Below, piece by piece: positions 13,409-17,694 of a DNA stretch of 17,694 bases. The notes beneath the pieces were generated by a model. The model made no database searches, was not told where the DNA came from, and saw only the letters and a list, made by a program, of their open reading frames with translations. Position numbers and translations under genes: made by a program. Each line of letters opens with the position of its first letter. Within the stretch, counting starts at the first letter, position 1. The stretch is from the IMG/VR virus record IMGVR_UViG_2799113093_000010, one strand, 5' to 3'. The DNA is from a virus (Duplodnaviria; Heunggongvirae; Uroviricota; Caudoviricetes).

Positions 13409-14910
13409 TTCGAGGCCCCCTTCTCAGCGTCCAGCCACGCGTTGATGTCCGCGGCGGCGACGGTCTGCTTCGCGGCCGGGATCGCCGTGAGCAAGGTCTT
13501 GGCGAGCTTGGCGTCCTCCTGCCGATCCGGGTACTTGCTCGGGCTGTCGGCGGCCGTGGACACCTCCCACAGCAACGCAATGGACGGGGTATGTCCCTCG
13601 GAGGCGAGGGCGATCACCGTCGACACGTGACCGTTGGCGTCGATCGCCCGCGGCAGGTTGGCGCGCGTGTTGACGTTGCCCTCGCTGAGGTGCCGCAGCG
13701 GCGACAGCGACGGCAGCGGTTCGGTTTGTCCGCGAACGTAATTGAGGACTTCTTGCCATTCGTTCTGGGGTACTTGGGCCATGTCGTCGTCTGCTCCTGT
13801 GCTGGTGAGGAAGGTGTTGACTCGTCGGATCAGCTCGTCCCACGGGAAGTCGGATCCAGGGTCGGTGTGGCCGCCGCCCCACGACCCGAAGTCGCGGTGG
13901 CCGCAGATACCGTCACTGCCCCAGGGGATTCCGTTGCCGCCGATGTAGGTGGCAGGGATGTTGTAGGTGCGGCACAGCCACGCAATGAGCTGGGCTGTGC
14001 GGGTCAGCTCGGCGTCTTCGTTCTTGCCGTCCGAGTTGTCGGTTTCGAGCCACTTGCCGCGTGACCACGCCGAGAAGGTGCCGGCCATGCAGATGTGGAA
14101 GCCGTAGTCGTTGGCGTTGGCCGCGGACCAGGGCGCATCGGACCAGTCGACGCACAGCACCGTCTCGGTGTCGTCGACAACCGCGTTGTAGGACACCGGG
14201 TTCGGTCCGCCCTGGGTGGTGATCAGGAACCCCGCGAGGTCCCAGGCGGTGCGGCCACCTTCCTGGGTGTGCACCACGATCCAGCGCGGCGTGATTCCGC
14301 TGCGGCCGTCCTCGTGGTTGGTGGTGTACCGGGTGCGGGTGATCGGAGAGCCGGCGGTGATCGGCGGCAGCGGCGGGGTTGGGGTGACCGGGCCTTGGGC
14401 GAGCGCGCGCTGAAGCACCGCCCACGCTTCGTCCCAGCGCTCGGCATAGCGGTCCGGGAAGGCCGAGCCCTGTACCCGTTGCACGAACTGGCCGGCCAGC
14501 GTCGGGTTGTTGGCGGCTCGCCCGTAGTCGTCAGCGAGCCGGGTCTGGAAGACGTCGGCGGCCTGGGCGAGGGTCATGCGGGATCGCATTGAGCCCCACC
14601 AGTTGTCCCGGTCGCCGTACGGCAGGGTGTCGCCGGCGCGGCCGTTCTGCTGCTGGAAGTAGCCCACCGACCGGCCGTCGTTGGACTGGGAGTCGTACGG
14701 GTAGTTCTTCGACGACGGGTCCGCCGCATTCCATGGGCACCACCACTTCCGGTCGTCGCCCTGGCCGGTACCGGCTTCCACGGAGATGCACATCAACGTC
14801 AGGACGGTCGCCAACTCGTCCAGGCCGCGCGCCAGGGATACCGCGTGCACCTCGCGTGCGATCTGCTCCCGGGTCCGAAGCGGCATGTCTGCCTGCCAAA
14901 CGAAGCTCAC
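13405..14910 (-). CDS. lysA: Lysin A: N-terminal lysozyme-like/LysA N-domain, central amidase-2, C-terminal wall-binding region
   Basis: VEAG...SVGYFQQ...WWG...VQ.S.FPDRY; Zn-amidase motifs VVHTQEG, SYNAVVDD, GHRDF, HTDPG..FPWD. Confidence 0.92.
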   Translation of the reverse strand: MSFVWQADMPLRTREQIAREVHAVSLARGLDELATVLTLMCISVEAGTGQGDDRKWWCPWNAADPSSKNYPYDSQSNDGRSVGYFQQQNGRAGDTLPYGDRDNWWGSMRSRMTLAQAADVFQTRLADDYGRAANNPTLAGQFVQRVQGSAFPDRYAERWDEAWAVLQRALAQGPVTPTPPLPPITAGSPITRTRYTTNHEDGRSGITPRWIVVHTQEGGRTAWDLAGFLITTQGGPNPVSYNAVVDDTETVLCVDWSDAPWSAANANDYGFHICMAGTFSAWSRGKWLETDNSDGKNEDAELTRTAQLIAWLCRTYNIPATYIGGNGIPWGSDGICGHRDFGSWGGGHTDPGSDFPWDELIRRVNTFLTSTGADDDMAQVPQNEWQEVLNYVRGQTEPLPSLSPLRHLSEGNVNTRANLPRAIDANGHVSTVIALASEGHTPSIALLWEVSTAADSPSKYPDRQEDAKLAKTLLTAIPAAKQTVAAADINAWLDAEKGASK

Positions 14911-15155
14911 CGGCCGCCACCTCCCAGGAATGGGATGCGTGCCAGGAGCTTTCCGACGATGCCGTCGAGGACCTTGTCGTCGAGCGTTCCGGGGATGACG
15001 TCGGTGATCCGGTCAACGGCCTCGTCGATGCGCTCGGCGATCTGTGCCTCGAAGCGCGCCAGGATGACAGCGAGCCGCTTTTCCACGGCCACGGTGATCT
15101 TGTCCGCGATCAGGTTGAACAGCTGATCACGCCATCCAGCAAGGGTTTTCACCAT
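14907..15155 (-). CDS. Pre-lysin hypothetical protein, 82 aa (start moved to 15155)
   Basis: DVIPGTLDDKVLD resembles the small gene often found just before mycobacteriophage lysA; GTGA overlap with lysA. Confidence 0.72.
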   Translation of the reverse strand: MVKTLAGWRDQLFNLIADKITVAVEKRLAVILARFEAQIAERIDEAVDRITDVIPGTLDDKVLDGIVGKLLARIPFLGGGGR

Positions 15156-15292
15156 CCGTACCCGCCCTCGATCCGATAGTCGAACTCGTCGCCGTATGTG
15201 GACAGCCGGGCGTTGACGTGCCAGCCGACGAGGAAACAGACCACCGCCACGACGGCATAGAACGGGGAGTGCTTCGCCAACTGCGCGGTCAT
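15149..15292 (-). CDS. Small single-TM membrane protein, 47 aa
   Basis: FYAVVAVVCFLVGW hydrophobic segment; ATGA coupling at 15289-15292. Confidence 0.68.
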   Translation of the reverse strand: MTAQLAKHSPFYAVVAVVCFLVGWHVNARLSTYGDEFDYRIEGGYGW

Positions 15293-15777
15293 CGCTGCGC
15301 CGCCATCGCCGCGTGCGGGTTGGTGATCGGGTAGACCTCGAAGGTGCCGGCCGTGGTGAACCGGACGGGGTGGGGGAGTTGGAATCCCTGGCCGGCCTGG
15401 CACGGTCCCTCAGGGCCGTAGAAGTAGGCAAGGTGGGTGTATTCGCCTGCGGGAACACTGATCTTGGCGCGCCCGATGGTCTGCCCACGCAGCTCCGGCA
15501 GGTCGTCCCCGGCCGGACCCCAGTAGATTTGGCCGCGCTGGTAGGCCAGGTCGTCGGGCTCGCTGTACACGGCCAGTAGCGGGTGTCCCATGCAAGCGCC
15601 GACGTAGGTCGGCCAAACCTCCACCGCGAGAGTGCCGTCCGACGACACCATCGGCTGGTTACGCCGAGAGGTGCGTCGGCCATCGCGTCCACCGTCGTGC
15701 GGGCCGTTGTGCCCGATCCGCAGAACGCACTGGCCCGCGCTGGGAAGCACGTCGGGGCAGCGGTCGAAGTCGGTCAT
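15289..15777 (-). CDS. Minor tail-type protein with N-terminal Cys/His motif (start 15777; alternative 15651)
   Basis: ATGA overlap at 15774-15777; C-terminal YQRGQIYW...VPAGEYTH parallels the adjacent tail gene. Confidence 0.65.
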   Translation of the reverse strand: MTDFDRCPDVLPSAGQCVLRIGHNGPHDGGRDGRRTSRRNQPMVSSDGTLAVEVWPTYVGACMGHPLLAVYSEPDDLAYQRGQIYWGPAGDDLPELRGQTIGRAKISVPAGEYTHLAYFYGPEGPCQAGQGFQLPHPVRFTTAGTFEVYPITNPHAAMAAQR

Positions 15778-16118
15778 GACTGCGCGTAGCTCGGGGTCAG
15801 CACGATCTGCCCGGCAGCGGACAGGATCGTGGAAACGATTGCAGCCCAGTCGATCATGGTTGCACCCGTCGCCGCAGAGCACAGCGGTGCATGAGTGTAG
15901 GTGCCGGCGTTGGCGTTGATGGTGCAGGCGGTCCCGTTGATGTTTCCGCCCGATCCCGAGGACCAGGTGGTGGCGACGCGCGCATACGAACCGCCGGACG
16001 CCTCGTTGGCTGGGGTGGTCGTGGTGCCAGGGTTGGCGGTAGCCAGGCCGAAGAACGTGCCGAGCGTGCCGTACCGATCGGCCAGATTCTGGCGGGTGGT
16101 GGCGACTGCAATTGACAT
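15774..16118 (-). CDS. Minor tail protein, 114 aa
   Basis: GLATANPG...NEASGGSYAR...W...AGTYTH pattern common in actinophage tail-tip genes; RBS AAGGGA. Confidence 0.78.
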   Translation of the reverse strand: MSIAVATTRQNLADRYGTLGTFFGLATANPGTTTTPANEASGGSYARVATTWSSGSGGNINGTACTINANAGTYTHAPLCSAATGATMIDWAAIVSTILSAAGQIVLTPSYAQS

Positions 16119-16166
16119 GGTTGGTCCCTTCCAATGGGGTTGGGGTTCTGAAATGCGTTGGGGAAA

Positions 16167-17579
16167 TTACTGATAGGCGTAGAACCAGGCACGGCCCTTG
16201 CCGCCGTCGAACCCGGGGCGGTTGCCGCCCGCGGTTCCCTGTTGGCTGGCACCGCCAGCACCTGGCTCCCCGCCGACTCCAGTTCCGCCAGCGCCGGCGT
16301 TGTAGGTCTGGCCGCTTCGGGTTTGGCTTGCAGGCGAAGGGGTTGCGCCGTTTCGTGTGCCGTTACCCCAGCCGGCGCCGCCGGCGCCACCGTTCGCGGT
16401 GAGGGTGTAGGCGCCGACGGTTATGACGGTGTTTCCGCCAGTTCCGCCGTTGTTGGCGCCACCCGATGCCGAACCGCCTGTGCCGCCGACACCCACGGTG
16501 ACGGTGATGGTGTCTGCGCTATAAGGGATATCGACGCCGCGGACAAGGGTGACGACCTGCCACGACCCGGCAGAGCCGCCGGTGCCGGGCAAGAACAGCG
16601 AGCCGTTGCCGCCGCCCCCGCCGGCGCCCATGAGGATGACCTCGATGGACCGGCACCACCACGGGATCGTGTAGCTTCCCGAGTTGGTGAACTGCGCCGC
16701 AGCGGGAGCAGTCGCAGGGAATGCCGCTGTCGCTGAAAGAGTTCCAAGCCCCGACAGACCTGCTGCAGCCGGGACGATGGCGTACGCCTGACTGGACAGC
16801 ACGCCGAGTCCTGAGAGGTCAGCGTTGCGTAGGTACTTCGATCCGACGATGGCCGACAGGGTGCCTTCGCCGGAGAATTGCGCGACCTGTTGGAACTGCT
16901 GGATGGCCGCGGCCGACAGCGCGCCTGCACCGGATAGCTGCGCCGCGGTGGCGTACCGCTCCCACGCTTGTGCCGACAGCAGCCCTGCGCCGGCGAGGGG
17001 CGCGTTGCGGGGCACGATGGCGTACGCCTGGCTAGACAGTGTGCCGGCACCGCCGAGAAGCACCTGGCCGGGCACGATCGCATATGCGTCGCTCGACAGA
17101 ACACCGGAGCCGCTCAGTGCTACTGCGCGCGTGTACTTCTCGAATGCGCCAACGACCAGGTTTCCTGCGCCGGCGTACTGGACGGGTACCTGAAACTGCT
17201 GTATCGCTGCTGCTGTGAGCTGGCCTGCGCCAGCCAGCGCGGCGGCGCGCGTGTACCTCTCGAACGCGGTGCTGGAGAGTTGACCCGCGCCGGACAGCAC
17301 CACCTGGGCCGGAACGATGGCGTATGCCTGGCTAGAGAGTTGGCCGCTACCTGAGAGGTTCACCTGCGCAGGCGTCTTGGCGTACGCCTGCGCAGACAGC
17401 TGGCCGGAACCCGACAGTGGCGCTGCGGCAGGAGTTTTCGCGTACGCCTCGACGGTGAGGGTTCCTTCGGAGCTGAAGTACCCGTTGTCGTGCAGCAGCG
17501 CCCACCAGCCCAGAACAGGTGCTCGCTCCTGATCGTTCGGAGGGATCTCGAACCAACCAGGAGGCGGCGACCAAACCAT
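16167..17579 (-). CDS. Minor tail protein with 20-aa repeats and C-terminal glycine-rich domain
   Basis: 13 repeats, then YTIPWWC..IEVILMGAGGGGG and a Gly-rich tail ending GRAWFYAYQ; TGATG coupling at 17577-17581. Confidence 0.85.
   Translation of the reverse strand: MVWSPPPGWFEIPPNDQERAPVLGWWALLHDNGYFSSEGTLTVEAYAKTPAAAPLSGSGQLSAQAYAKTPAQVNLSGSGQLSSQAYAIVPAQVVLSGAGQLSSTAFERYTRAAALAGAGQLTAAAIQQFQVPVQYAGAGNLVVGAFEKYTRAVALSGSGVLSSDAYAIVPGQVLLGGAGTLSSQAYAIVPRNAPLAGAGLLSAQAWERYATAAQLSGAGALSAAAIQQFQQVAQFSGEGTLSAIVGSKYLRNADLSGLGVLSSQAYAIVPAAAGLSGLGTLSATAAFPATAPAAAQFTNSGSYTIPWWCRSIEVILMGAGGGGGNGSLFLPGTGGSAGSWQVVTLVRGVDIPYSADTITVTVGVGGTGGSASGGANNGGTGGNTVITVGAYTLTANGGAGGAGWGNGTRNGATPSPASQTRSGQTYNAGAGGTGVGGEPGAGGASQQGTAGGNRPGFDGGKGRAWFYAYQ
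16710..17489 (-). repeat. 13 x 20-aa repeats (xxxx-L/F-S/A-G-x-G-x-L-S/T)
   Basis: For example AAAPLSGSGQLSAQAYAKTP, AQVNLSGSGQLSSQAYAIVP ... AAAGLSGLGTLSATAAFPAT (aa 31-290). Confidence 0.88.
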
Positions 17580-17694
17580 CAGACCGCCCTGATGGCGACC
17601 AGTCCAGGCGAGCCGGCCCCGCCTCGTGTTCCGTTACCGCCAGAGCCGCCGTGGCCACCCTGTCCGCCGCCGCCCACTCCCGCAGAGTCGGCAC
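17579..17694 (-). CDS. 3' end of a glycine-rich minor tail protein (partial)
   Basis: My translation: ...ADSAGVGGGGQGGHGGSGGNGTRGGAGSPGLVAIRAV*, with the stop overlapping the next ATG. The ORF-track frame 17347..17694 is the wrong one. Confidence 0.8.
   Translation of the reverse strand, partial: ADSAGVGGGGQGGHGGSGGNGTRGGAGSPGLVAIRAV

Larger units (their letters stand above)
1864..17694. mobile_element. Prophage (siphovirus-like mycobacteriophage), one end: att-int-accessory-lysis-tail
   Basis: Tail, lysis, accessory, opposing-int, att is the usual temperate mycobacteriophage order; many coupled overlaps (GTGA, ATGA, TGATG) in the late operon. Confidence 0.88.

Overview
High-GC mycobacterial-type DNA consisting entirely of mobile elements. 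Right part (about 1900-17694): one end of a siphoviral prophage with late genes on the minus strand (glycine-rich minor tail proteins, LysA, an apparently circularly permuted LysB, r1t-type holin, two membrane proteins). Next comes an accessory block between lysis and integrase. It holds an ESX-secreted polymorphic toxin cassette (WXG100-like partner, WxG/Pro-rich/GH-E nuclease toxin, ankyrin-like and DUF2185-like immunity genes). It also holds a 3.3-kb module (HTH gene + tRNA-Arg(CCT), a BrnT/RelE-like toxin candidate + 48-aa ORF, a DUF932-like operon) whose three promoters all carry the same 16-bp palindrome. A tandem-DUF732 lipoprotein and a short tyrosine integrase complete the block. Left part (1-1900): the integrase end of a second element with a paralogous short integrase and secreted-protein genes. 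The two integrases point away from one tRNA-Arg 3'-end att core (1864-1900). The left side shows the hallmarks of integration-dependent immunity (stranded repressor tail and Int both ending in Ala-Ala). Family names come from motif recognition by eye, not database searches.
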